A DNA stretch of 64,000 nt, from positions 15,006,001-15,070,000 of the forward strand of contig CM075990.1 in NCBI GenBank assembly GCA_038087875.1. The letters are read 5' to 3'. Position 1 is the first letter of the stretch. Every line of letters begins with the position of its first letter. The stretch is from Malacoraja senta. Taxonomy: Eukaryota. Both the position numbers and the translations under genes were made by a program. This document shows, piece after piece, positions 50,641 through 63,537 of the stretch. The notes beneath the pieces are model-generated. The model saw only the letters and a program-made list of their open reading frames with translations, did not search any database and was not told the DNA's origin.

Positions 50641-53600
50641 AATATGGCTTCTTTAATCTCATACATCATTATCCTACTGATCACAGGGACATGCAGAAGG
50701 ATTACCAGCCCAGAATGCAGGATGACATTTTTTAACCATTATAAAGCAATTTTTTGTGCTCTGTATGAAACTTGGTAATCTTTCCAATGGCCGTTGATTT
50801 GATTTGTTTGACTAGCAATGGTTGATAAGATATGATTATAGTGGAACTTCAGAATATGCAAGTTACAATGGTTCTTCATGATAGAGTGTGTGTAGGGCTG
50901 CCAAAAAACACAGTCGGTAGGTTATTTTATGAACACCCTCAGTGTTTTATGATATTGGGCTTTCAGATCTTTCTGCTATCAGTAATACGACAGCAAGTTT
51001 TGATTAAGTGTTGCACTCACTTCTCAATCAGTTCATACAGCTGAAGACAGAAATTAAATTAAAAATGTTTTATAAGTTAAGTTTTACAGGAGAGAAAGTT
51101 ATTTCAAAGAATATTCCACAAACACACTGGGAAAGCGCCATTTTCATTTCTCCTAACCATAGATAAAACAGTAACATTTCTGTCACAGATTCACACAGCA
51201 GGGGAAAAGGCCCTTTGGTCCTGTTCATCCATGCTGACCAAGGTGCCCAGACGACTAAGCTGGTCCCATTTGCCCATTAAATTTAATATCCTGAATATTT
51301 TGACACATTTTTGGTATTTACACTTTCATTGGTTCAATGGTGCTTTCAGAAACACTTTTAATACATTGACCTTTTGTGCCCTAAACAACAAGATATCTCT
51401 GTCACAAGCAGGCTATATTTTTTCTATTTTAACCAAAAAGAGCAGAAATGAACACTCCTAAAACCCAACTGGGAAAAGAGACTTACTTTTCTCTGTACGA
51501 ACTGCATCAATTAATGATGTAGAATATATATGTCAATTCGCTCTGCTTTAAGAATGCCATGTTTTGCTTGCAAACTGTGGATGTGGGCCATGCCAGCATA
51601 TAGACTCCTGATCAATCCCATTTGTAGAGGGGGCTAAAGGTTAATCAGTTAAAATCACTTTAATCTACATGTGTTATGATAATACATAACACATTTATTT
51701 AGCTACAGTTCATACCCATTGAAAGTAGACGCGTCTGATTTCAAAATGAACAGAAAATAGCTGATACTGCTGCTAACTGAGCAAATATCGCTAAACTAAC
51801 TCAAAAATAAATACCCCAACATTCATGCTATGAATATAAGCCCAAATCTAATTCTACATTGTCCTGGAATGAAAATATAATATTCTGCCAAATGGTTTAA
51901 CAGTGAATTGATATCAAACAAGTACAGAGGCTTGCATCAAAATGCCAATAATGTAATCTTTGGAAACAAAGATCAGTGCTATTACAGTTAAAGTATTGTA
52001 ATTTAGAAGGCAGAGATGCATTGTTTTCATGCTGACTTTGATTTAGACTTGGCAAATGTGTGGTTCCTGTACTGTCTGTCAGGAAAGAAGATAGACTAGG
52101 ACAGAACTAAAGGGACTGTTGGCAGGAGATTAAACAGGCTACTGCAAAGTCGATTAATCCTCCATATTTTGTCCCTGCTCTTTACTTATATGATGTACAG
52201 TATTGGATTTATTTTAAAAGCAGGAACATGCTCTGTTGAGAATGATGGAACCGGAGCTTTGCAGCCAGGGTATGTTTCTCTGACAGGGTATGTTGGCTCT
52301 AGTGCCAATTTTATTTCCATCAGATGATGCTAATGTCCAGTTTATCACAGAGCCTTGCAGACTATCATGAAATTCTTTACCCTGATGTTTGACAAGAAGA
52401 TAATTGCTGATGGCTAACGGAGCTATTTGGAATCTGGCTCTGCGATGCAATCGAGTCTGGATTAAAGTGGGAAGGAAGCAAACATTAATTTTGTAATGGA
52501 AAGCTGGAGGCTTTGACTGAAATCTATAGTTTGTTATCATCACTTGTGTAACTAATGCACTGGTTAAATATGATAGAGACAGAGAGATCCAGGACTTGCC
52601 TCCCAAGTTTTATAAAGAAACCCCACACTTATTGTGGTGGTCGCACAGTCATTTATTAATGTTTACTATCCTCGGTAAAAAAAAAGGAGGACAAGGGGAG
52701 GCAAATGAGTAAAACCAGTAGAAAGGGAAAACATGAAATTCCAAAGTCATTGGAGTAGAATTAGGCCATTCGCCCCATCAAGTCTACTCCGCCATTCAAT
52801 CACGACTGATCCATCTTCCCCTCCCAAACATATTTCAAACCTATACTCCATTATAATACATGATGACGTAATTTAATATCTTTACTGGTATTGGGTGATT
52901 GGATCGTTAATGAATGTATTCTGTGTAGGTTTTGAGTGGGTGGGCTTGTCATTACAAGGGTTAATATGTCTACACCATCTGATCAAGATAATTAGGCTTG
53001 TATCTTAAATGTCATGGAACAATCTTTGACCAAAAGAGTTTGTAAGACGAAAGCAACCAAAATAACCAAAGACCCTGACTCTCGGTCTGAAGAAGCCTCG
53101 ACATGAAGCATCACCCATTCCTTCTCTCCAGAGATGCTGCCTGTCTGGCTGTGTCACTCCAGCATTTTGTGTCTATCTTTGGTGTAAACCATCATCTGCA
53201 GTTCCTTCCTACACTTATCCCACCTTGGTCATTCTTCCTTTATCCAGCTCCCATCAAACACAGAAGATGTAGAAGCTTGAACGTGCGTTCCACCAGACTC
53301 AGAAATTGCTTCTTGTCCTTTATGGATGGAACTGATGCGCTACAGTGCTGTGAACCATATTCTGCACTCTTGTATTTGAGTTTGGCTTGATTGCATTTAT
53401 GGTATTATCTAATCTGATTGGATTGGATGCAAAACAAAGCTTTTCACTGTTCTTTGGACCACACAACAGTAATAAACCTACACTTCAACCAAAAGAGCAA
53501 GTGGTACTTACTCTGCTGTTTATGATTTTCTGAAGAAGTAATTAGTCGTCATTAAGTACCTAACCAATATTGGACCAAAGCACACACTTTGTACCCTTGT

Positions 53601-54894
53601 CCTTCGCCTGCCATGCTAACATGTTGACTCAACATGACACAAAGGACGCTATATTCTAGGGTTATTTTCAATTATCTTTTATCATAGCTATCATATTTAA
53701 AAGTATTTAATAATGAGAACTGAAACACTTAAATTAACCTCAAAATCTCACACATTCATGTTTCTCCACCAGTGTGAAACATTTTGTGAATGTTTGTTCT
53801 CTAATTTTCTTTCCTTTACTCCTATTTGCCACTATTGACCCCAAGTAATATTTTTCCAAATGGCGGAGAAAGTAATTTGAAATATTGATTGGCAGTGCAG
53901 TTAACTTGTCAACACAGCCATTTAATTTGTCAGAAAGACTTGTTAAATTGTCAAAAATCATATAAAAACTCCTTCAGCCATTGAAGATATACATCAAGGT
54001 TGTTGTCGAATCAAATTATTCATTCTAAGATTGGAGGTAAGAGGACTCCAAATTTGTCTATTTGTCAAAATGCACAAAACCTTGGAAGTGGGCCAAGATT
54101 TACCCACCTTTAATGAAGGTGATGCTGATGTGAGCCAGTGCTGTGAACAGAATGTACAGTGCAAACACAACATGGTTCAATGCCTTTAAGATCATTTTTA
54201 ATATAAGAACCTGCTACTTTTTTTTTTTTTGCATCAATATCTACATCTATGTTATTATCCCCTCAGGAAAAGAATTCTTTCTGTCCAGCAAAAATACCAT
54301 TTAAAATTCTTGATCATGAACATGAAACAAGATGACTTGATCCAGCAGTTTTATAGCTGTTCACTTCAGCTGCTTCAACGTCATTAGCTTCTTGATCCAG
54401 ATCTACATCTGCACAAAGGTAGTTGTATGAATATTGGTCTTTTGGGAAACTAATAAACACAGGAAGAAAGAAGACATGCCTTGGAGACATTCCCTGCCTG
54501 TATTTTGTCATGAATGCTGCCGGAAATGAATGCGAGGGAAGGCAGTGTATGGATGAAACAAATAGTTTACATTTTGAGAATAGTGCACAGAGGAAAAATG
54601 GAAAATCCACATTCGCTCATGTTGAAGCTTCAGAGTCTCATCAAATAATTCCTTCCTCAGAAAAAGCACCAACAATTTTACAGTGCAAATTTGCGAATTT
54701 TATAGCAGGGCAGATTTAAACATTTAACTTATTTCCTCCACTAGATGGACATTCTGTATAACATTTTGTAACACAGAAATTGCTATTTGTCTCATAGAAT
54801 GTTACTGGTATTTCTCTTTTTCAATCCGAACACATTGCACATTATCAACATCATTTTTTATTTCTTTCTCTTTATTTTGTTACCCTGATTCTGG

Positions 54895-55230
54895 GCCATC
54901 CTGGCCACACACTCATCTCCCAGCTACCTTCGGGTAGAAGGTACAGGAGCCTGAAGACTGCAACGACCAGGTTCAGGAATAGGTACTTCCCCACAGCCAT
55001 CAGGCTATTAAACTTGGCCCGGACAAAACTATGAACATTAATAGCCCATTATCTGTTATTTGCACTTAATCAGTTTATTTATTCATGTGTGTATATATTT
55101 ATCTAATGATATATGGACACACTGATCTGTTTTGTAATCAATGCCTTCTATGTTCTGTTGTGCTGAAGAAAAGCAAGAATTTCATTGTCCTATGACACAT
55201 GACAATAAACTCACTTGAACTTGAACTTGA
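54895..55230 (+). mobile_element. Rex1/Babar-type LINE 3' fragment
   Basis: Encodes HPGHTLISQLPSGRRYRSLK. (TTGAAC)n tail. Confidence 0.8.
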
Positions 55231-55521
55231 TTCCCCTGAACTGAAATCACATTGTGAGTCTGAAGAAGGGTCCCGACCCAAAATATTGCCTGCCTGTTCC
55301 CTCTACAGACGCTGCCTGAATCGCTGAGTTATTCCACCACTTGGTGTTTTACTTAAGATTCCAGAGTTATTTATGTTGCCACTGTCAGGAAGTTGTGCAC
55401 TTGGACCACAAGATCCCTCTGTACATCAAGGCTATTAAGAATCGCGCCATTAACTATATTTTCCCCTTACATTTGATCTCCCAAAGTACAATTCCTCATT
55501 CTTACTCAGAATAAACTCTTA

Positions 55522-55736
55522 AAGGCCTGTCCCAATTTCACGACCTAATTCACGACCATTTTTACTCGTGGACATTTGTCATCTGGCTAGAAAAACGCCC
55601 CGACCTACTTGATGCCACGAGTACCTACGACCTACCTACGACCTCCTACGACTTCGTGACGACCAAGCTGCGAGTATGAGTCAAGGGCAAACTCGGCAGA
55701 GGTCGTGAATTAGGTCGTGAAAGTGGGACAGGCCCT
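55522..55736. mobile_element. Harbinger-like MITE
   Basis: TIRs A(A/G)GGCCTGTCCCA.TTTCACGACCTAATTCACGACC and a TTA TSD. Confidence 0.85.
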
Positions 55737-57106
55737 TTACTCTCTTACTCGCTTGGAGACTCAACTATTGGCAAATCTTAGAAGCTTGTTTTGTACAGGC
55801 GTCAGAGGTTATGGAAAGTAGGCAGGATAATGGGGTTCGGAGGGAGAGGTAGATCAGCCATGATTGAATGGGGGAGTAGACTTGATGGGCCGAATGGTCT
55901 AATTCGACTCCTATCGCTTATGACCTTATGACCACAGATACGAACATTGAAATATTAGTGCAGACCAGAATTGAGGGAGTGCTGTACAGAATAAATATTG
56001 ATTTTTCTAACTTCAAGTAACCCTTGCATCCCCCCTCTCTCCATGCCTTCCCCACCCTCGTCGTACTAGCTTCAGTCATCTTATTGAGTCTCATTATCTG
56101 TAACTCATTTTCACCTGACAAACAGCTGACAATGGCCTGTTTCCTCTATCATCATTACTGTTTTGCATATCTTTCATTCGTTTATTCTATATCATCGTCT
56201 ATCTCGTTTCTCTTTCCCCGACCCTCCGTTTGAAGAAGGGGCTCAACCCGAAACGTCACCTATTCCTTTTCTCCAGAGATGCTCTCTGACCCGCTGTGTT
56301 CCTCCAGCTTTTTGTGACAGGTCAGGAAGCATCTGTGGAGGGAACAGACAGGCAATGTTTTGGGTTGGTAGTCTTCTTCAGACCATTCTTTACATTGATA
56401 CATATTGTTGATAGTAGAGAGTTTATTAATCATTTTTGGAACATCAAGAGTCGATATCTGCTTGTTTTTTAATTTTGATTCTTGCCTTTTGCATCCATAT
56501 ATTCTGCTACAGTTTTTTTTTCACACTGCAAAATGTCTTTATTGTCACCTTTCATCTTTCAAAGTGTTCTCCGAGATCTCATAGCAACCACCTTTTATCC
56601 ACTTTGAATATCTTTTTTCCAACAAATCATTTTTTTCCAAGGCTTAATAGTACATAATCTTAAGTGTGGTACAATTTATAACATAATGCACAACTTGGGT
56701 ATTTATTATGCAGTGTGCTATTTGCAACTTCAGCTATTCTCAACATAATAATGTAAATTATGTTTCAAAGAAAACTCCCCTAAAGAGGTTCTCTTCTGTT
56801 TTAATTTTGCACTTTGATAGATGCATCTGAAACCAATAGCTGCTGAGTTATTAACACTGTAATTATGATAAAAATATGCTTTATGTTTTTTTTATTATGT
56901 TTCTAAGTGTACGCAGTGGGATACTGAATAGAACAGTTTACCATTTTTGCTCATAACAGCATTTCCGATTTGGATGCTGTCAGTTGCAAACTACAAACTT
57001 GTTGGAATCAGAAATCTCTTGTGGGAGGCTTATATCAACTTCCTCCCCCTCCCCCCACCCCCCCCCCCCTCCCCACTAATGCCCTGCCTAGTTCTCTTTT
57101 GAGTTC

Positions 57107-57286
57107 AGACAAAAGTGCTGGAGAAACTCAGCGGGTGAAGCAGCATCTATGGAGCGAAGGAAATGGCAACGTTTTGGCCCGAAACGTTGGCTATTTCCTT
57201 CGCTCCATAGATGCTGCTGCACCCACTGAGTTTCTCCAGCCCTTTTGTTTACCTTAGATTTTCCAGCATCTGCAGTTCCTCCTTAA
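57107..57286. mobile_element. Palindromic Penelope-derived mini-element
   Basis: Inverted arms around TTTTGGCCCGAAA. TTTTGAGTTCA is duplicated at both flanks. Confidence 0.8.
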
Positions 57287-57632
57287 TCTCTTTTGAGTTC
57301 AATCCACAAGTATCCCTCACTGCTCTCTGTACAGCACAGAAACAGGCCTTTTGGTCCACCATATCCATGCTAACCACTCCACTGATCTGTACGAGACCTA
57401 TTTCTAGGAATTTTGGCTTTTAATTACTTACAGTTTTAACACATCTGCCAAGATTTTAATCATTTAATGAAGGGAGTTTTGCCTTTTGAAGAGCCTTGTG
57501 GTTGTGTTAAATTATTGGGGTTGCGTTTGTACTTTGTTTTAATTTCCATCCTTTTGTTTTCAGGACCCAAAACAAACTTTAGAGATGATAGCTACCTAAA
57601 ATATCAATGTTCAGTTATTGATATTTCTAATA

Positions 57633-57951
57633 GTCAAGTCAAGTCAAGTCAAGTCAAGTGAGTTTATTGTCATGTGTCCCTGGTAGGACAATGAAATTCT
57701 TGCTTTGCTTGAGCACAACAGAACATAGTAGGCATTTACTACAAGGCATTCTATAAATATATACACAATGGTCAATATACTGATAAAGTGCAAATAACAG
57801 TATTGGCTAGTAAAGTTCAGTGTTATGTCCGAGCCAGGTTTAATAGCCTGATGGCTGTGGGGAAGTAGCTGTTCCTGAACCTGGTCGTTGCAGTCTTCAG
57901 GCTCCTGTACCTTCTACCTGAAGGTAGTAGGGAGATGAGTGTGTGGCCAGA
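57633..57951 (-). mobile_element. Rex1/Babar-type LINE 3' fragment
   Basis: (AGTCA)n tail. Near copy of 3478-3790. Confidence 0.8.
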
Positions 57952-59096
57952 TAATAATATCTCGTAACAATCAGATTAAAAGATTAGTTGTATTATTTTT
58001 CTCTTACTTTTGTTTTGGAAATTGGATACAGAAGGGAAATCTGAAGATGTTGCCCAAAGCATCTGCAGTCATACTATACAGTGGAGCCACAGGACCTTCG
58101 GCCCAACTAGTTCATGTACACCAAGATGCCCATCCATCCCAGTCCCATTTATCCATGTTTGACAAATATTCCTGCAAATCTTTCCTCTTCTTGTGAATGT
58201 TTCCTGTCCAGTTCCGTGACTAGGCTAACACAATAGATGCCAGTTAATGCTGAAATATGGCAAGAGATTGCCAGGAGGACTGAGAGCATGCATCAAGAAT
58301 GATCTCAAAGCCATATAGGGAAAAATTAACATCCCGTGAACTCACGGGAATCATGTAACTGGCTAAAGTGGAGAAGAAACTTTCAAGAAAACTCTGAACA
58401 TTAGACAATAAAAGCGTGAGTAACTCAGCGGGTCAGTCTCCTGAGATGCTGTCTGACCCGTTGAGTTACTTCAAGATGCTGTCTGACCCACTGAGTTACT
58501 CCATCTATTCCTTTTCTCCAGAGATGCTGCCTATCTATGTATTTCTATGTATCTGTCCCGCTGAGTTACCCAGGTTTTTGTGTCTATCTTCGGTTTAAAC
58601 CAGCATCTGCAGTTCCTTCCTACAAAACTCCAAATACTCTCAGTCCCATTGGGAGCACCCAGAGGCCATGCAAATATAATAGGAGTCCAAAACATTCCAT
58701 CTCCTAGCCCATCAACCACCAATTGCCACATCTATAGCAGAATCTATGGGTCCCACATTGTATTCTTCAGTCACCTCAGAAGCAACAGTTCTGGAGTGGA
58801 CAAGTCATCCCAAGGCAAAGATAAAGATTCATCCCCTACTTTATTATGCCTGCGTTCAGTTGAAATTACAAGAAAATTGTTGTAGGAAAATATAATTGAA
58901 ATAGACAGTTTGCATGGGTGAAGTGAACATACTGAAATAAGAAAGACTATACTTTTGTTCACGGATGATTATATCCAAGTCATTATTGTGGCTGAATTGG
59001 AAAATCACTTACTTCCATGATCAATTTTGGTTTATGTTCAACCCATTAATTTGATCATCAGAGACCACCTAAGGTTTTGAGAAATGGAATGCCCTT

Positions 59097-59378
59097 TTAG
59101 TTTTAGTGATACAGCGTGGAAACAGACCCTTCTGCCCACCGAGTCCTCTCTGACCAGCGATCACCCGTACACTAGTTCTATCCTACACACTGGGGACAAT
59201 TTTACAGAAGCCAATTAACCTACGAACCTGCACGTCTTTGGAATGTGGGAACTGACCGGAGCACCCAGAGAAAACCCATGTGGTCTTTGGGAGAATGTAC
59301 AAACTCTATACAAATAGCGCCCAGTCAGAATTGAACCCAAGTATCTGGAGTTGCAAGGCAGCTACGCCACTGTAGCTG
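59097..59378 (-). mobile_element. HE1-like V-SINE
   Basis: Tail, core and B-box. Confidence 0.8.
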
Positions 59379-59662
59379 CTTGTATGTGAGAGCCTAACCC
59401 TTTTGGTTCTGATGGTGGTTCCCAATATTTTCATTATGTTTGCTACCTTTTGCTTCTCTTAAAATTAACTTTTGAATTTGCTGGTCTTTGCCTCCAACCC
59501 TTACGAGACTGGAATATTTTATCGTATTAATGGAAACAAAGGGAAATAGTCATTAGCAGAAGGGAACTGAGAAATACTCATAATACTGAATGGAAGTTGT
59601 CTTGTGGCAAGTCATCAGTAGAATGGCCCAAATAAAAGTTGACTTCTCTTTACTATAAAGTT

Positions 59663-59889
59663 GGGGTCAAGGAAAGAGCGTTCACATCGCGACCCTGCTT
59701 CCATGAATCTTTCCACCACCACGCGCAAGACAGACACCATTGTATGCAGATGCCGAGACACATGTTCAGCTCTGGCTGAACAACTTCTAATCTTGTGTGT
59801 GGACTCGACAAGAAGAAGACTACACTAATCCCATATAATTGAAAGATACATCATCACTGTATCCTAGTCCACGCACACTCATTCAATGT
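59663..59889 (+). mobile_element. Short retroposon family B plus 71 bp of transduced 3' flank
   Basis: 9-bp TSD TATAAAGTT (59654-59662 and 59890-59898). Element 59663-59818 ends in GAAGAAG. The span 59819-59889 matches the reverse complement of about 7445-7515. Confidence 0.85.
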
Positions 59890-60187
59890 TATAAAGTTTA
59901 CAGGTTCCTTAAATAATGTTCTAATCTCTCTATATGCAGAAATGTCAGAAAATGATAAACAAATGTTGTACTTCTAGATTATTGTTGCCATTATGTTCTT
60001 ATTATGTGGTTAATGTTTCAGTGAGGACGTAGAGTTACTTTATCCCTTCCGAGCAGAAACAAGGTCACCCTGTTAAAGAAATTTCCCTTTCAATATTTTA
60101 TTTCTCTCCAGGTGCAGACTGCATTTTCAGCAGTCACCTCCTTATATAGGAAGCCCAGAGTGGACACCAATGCAGTGTTCATTATGA

Positions 60188-60500
60188 TTTAGTTTAGTTT
60201 AGAGATACTGTGTGGAATCAGGCCTTTGGCCCACCGAGTCTGCACCGACTAGCGATCCCCACACACTAACACTATCCTACACACACACGAGGGACAATGT
60301 ACAAATTTATTGAAGCTATTTAGCCTACAAAGCTGTTCGTCTTTAGAGTGTGGGAGGAAACCGGAGTTCCTGGAGAAAACCCACGCAGGTCACGGGGAAA
60401 ACGTACAAACTCCATACAGACATTACCCATAGTCAGGATCGAAACCGGGTCTCTGGTGCTGTAAGGCAGCAACTCTACCGCTGCACCACCGTGCCGCCCG
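60188..60500 (-). mobile_element. HE1-like V-SINE, full length
   Basis: (TTTAG)n tail through to the head GGGCGGCACGGTGGTGCAGCGG. Confidence 0.9.
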
Positions 60501-61281
60501 CAAATGAAGAAGTACTAAAATATCTTGGAGCCCAAATGTTCAAAAGGATCGATATTGACTGGATCTTATAAATATTAATTGGAGCAGAGAATCTAAATTC
60601 AGAACAAACTAATTGAAATATGGAACTAATAAAAAGAAACAGGATAGATATCTGAGTGACATTTTATTTGAGGAATGATCAATACATGAAGTAGAATTGT
60701 GAAAACAAAGACCTTGGCAATATTATTTGGCATCTGTTATTCTGATTATTTTTAAAAACACTATGATATATCAAATATTCTTCATATCTGAAACTATCCT
60801 GTGATTCTGTGTGGAAATAGACACAAAATGCTGGAGAAACTCAGCGGAACAGGCAGCATCTCCGGACAAGAGGAATGGGTGATGTTTCGGGTCGAGACCC
60901 TTCTTCAGACTGAGCGTCAGGAGAGAGGGAGATGCATAGATATAAGGTAGTGTAAGTGATCAAAAGAGATGAAGATCAAGGAAAATGTAGAATAGATCAT
61001 TATTAGCCATGAGCGGGTGACCTTATGTGTTACCAATTTTATGAACTGGAAATGTTTCGTACTTGCAGATTTGGTATCTTTGTGACTGCCAGACAGATCA
61101 TTGCACAAAACCAAATCATGAGGAGCTTGTAAATTCTGGGCAAGTCAGGCAGTGTCTGTGGAGAGAGGATAACTAAAGTATTGAGCTAATGTTTACCTTG
61201 GGACAGTCCTTTATTCTGTAGAAGGATTCGGTTTAAAAATGGATCTAAAAAATGTAGCAATGTATTTAACAGCGATATAAT

Positions 61282-61419
61282 CTTCTTCTTGCGTATGGCG
61301 TGCACAGCCTAAAGTTGTAGGACAACTTGTTCTATTTGATCTTATTTGATTGTGCACGCCGGGTTGATTGCATTCGTTGAAACAGGGTGGACCACGTGAA
61401 GGTTGCAATCTCCCATCCC
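61282..61419 (-). mobile_element. Short retroposon family A, second copy
   Basis: 11-bp TSD AGCGATATAAT (61271-61281 and 61420-61430). The minus strand begins GGGATGG-GA-GATTGCA-ACC-TTCACGT-GGT-CCACCCT. Confidence 0.9.
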
Positions 61420-62128
61420 AGCGATATAATTAGTCACTATGGTACTTGATGTTTTGCATCATCTATGCCAAGGTTCACTCTGGGCATCTAGTATCATCAA
61501 TAAGTGTCCACTGGAAATGTTAGCATTTGGACTGGATTCCTTTGTCCTTGAGTTCAGAAGTGAGAGGAGCAGAATTAGGCCATTCGGCCCATCAAGTCTA
61601 CTCTGCCATTCAATCATGGCTGATCTATCTTTCCCTCTCAACCACATTCTATTGCCTACTCCCCTTAGGCCCAGACGCCCTCAATTGTGTGACCACCCAG
61701 TAGATGCTTTAATCATCAATCTTTCCTGGACCTCCAGCAGTGGAACTGCTCATTTCTGTTGCGAAGCTTTGCCTGCTAAAAGTTTGATTTAAAGCACCTA
61801 CTTGGTTGTGAAGGATGATTGCAGCTGACGGATGAAGATTGTCGACTCATTAGGAAAAGAAAATCTAAAAACTGCGGATACTAGGACTCTGAAACAAAAC
61901 CCAGAAAACACTGGAAACACTCAGCAGGTCAGGCAGCATCTGTGGAAAGAGAGAGAGAGAGAGAGATGATGTTTCAAGTCTGAGATAAGTAGTCAGAAGT
62001 TTGGTTTACTTTAGAGATAGTTTAGAGATACAGCATAGAGACTGGGGTTCGATCCTGACTCTGGGTGCTGCCTGTATGGAGTTGGCATGTTCTCCTTCTG
62101 ATCGGGTGATATGGTTTCCTCCCACATT

Positions 62129-62437
62129 TCAGTTTAGTTGAGAGATAGAGCACGGAAACAGGCCCTTCGGCCCACCGAGTCCGCACCGACCAGCGATCCC
62201 TGCACATTAACACTATCCTACACACACTCGGGACAATTTACACACATACACCAAGCCAATTAATCTACATAGCTGTACGTCTTTGGAGTGTGGGAGGAAA
62301 CCAAAGATCTCGGAGAAAACCCACGCGGTCACAGGGCGAATGTACAAACTCCATACAGCCGGCACCTGTAGTCAGGATCGAACCTGGGTCTCTGGCGCTG
62401 CAAGGCAACAACTCTATCACTGCGCCACTGTGACCAT
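62129..62437 (-). mobile_element. HE1-like V-SINE
   Basis: Tail, core and B-box. Confidence 0.85.
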
Positions 62438-62558
62438 CCTTCTTCAGTCTTTACATTCAATGATGGGGTGGTGGAAAATAAATACTTGTGCTGCATAGCT
62501 GGATCCCAAGGTGGGTCCCAGTAGCTTTCCCCTTACTCTGTGTTACCCTGGTGCCATC

Positions 62559-63537
62559 ATAATAATAATAATAATAGATTTTATTTATATAGCGCTTTTC
62601 AGGACTCAAAGTCGCTTTACAATTGAGAGTCAGGAATAAACAAAACAAAATAGAGCAGTAAGACAGAGGGGAGGGGAACATGGGACTAAGGGTATGCAGA
62701 GGTGAAGAGATGGGTCTTGAGGCGGGACTGGAAGATGGTGAGGGACTCAGAATTTCCGACCGGTTGTGGGTGGGAATTCCAGAGCCTGGAAGCTGCCCTG
62801 GAGAAGGCTCTGCCTCCAAAAGTGCAGAGGTTTGATTTCGGAGTGGAGAGGAGACCAGCTGATGTGGATCTGAGGGACCGTGAGGGTTGGTAGGGGGAGA
62901 GGAGGTCAATGAGATAAGGGGGGGGCAGGTTGTTGAGGGCTTTGTAGGTGAGGACCAGGATTTTGTAGGTGATCCGGTGGGAAATGGGAAGCCAGTGAAG
63001 TTCTTTGAGAACTGGGGTGATGTGGTGCCAGGATTTGGTGTGGGTAATGAGTCGAGCGGCTGCATTTTGGACCAGTTGGAGTTGTTTGATGCTGCTGGAA
63101 TTGATTCCGAAAAGAAGAGAGTTACAGTAGTCCAGTCGGGAGGAGATGAAGGCATGGATGAGTCTTTCAGCAGCGGGGGGTGTGAGAGACGATCTGATTT
63201 TTGCAATGTTGCGGAGGTGAAAAAATGATGTTTTGACAACATGGCGGATGTGAGGCTCAACGGAGAGGGTTGAGTCAAGGATCACGCCAAGGTTGCGTGC
63301 CTGAGGAGATGGGGAGACAGTGGTGCCGTCGATAGTGAGAGTGGGGTTGTTAATTTTAGTGAGTGTTGATTTGGAGCCAATGAGGAGAAATTCTGTTTTG
63401 CTACTGTTTAATTTAAGGAAGTTGAGTTGCATCCAAGATTTGATGGCTGACAGGCAGGAGTTGATATGGGAGAGAGGGGGGTGGTGGGGGGACTTGGTGC
63501 TGAGATAGATCTGGGTGTCATCAGCATAGCAGTGGAA
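62559..63537 (-). mobile_element. L2-clade LINE, 5' truncated at YADD, with an open C-terminal ORF
   Basis: Encodes FHCYADDTQIY...NFLKLNSSKTE...RNLGVILDS...SSRLDYCNSLL...LQLVQNAAAR...HWLP...LKTHLF, stop at 62686. (TAA)n tail. Confidence 0.95.

Noticed and set aside
54314..54719. Overlapping 98-aa ORFs, one with an acidic stretch
   Set aside because: No known motif, no clear donor site, and a length expected by chance.
62457..63278. 273-aa Ser/Pro-rich ORF
   Set aside because: It is an alternative frame of the L2 RT.
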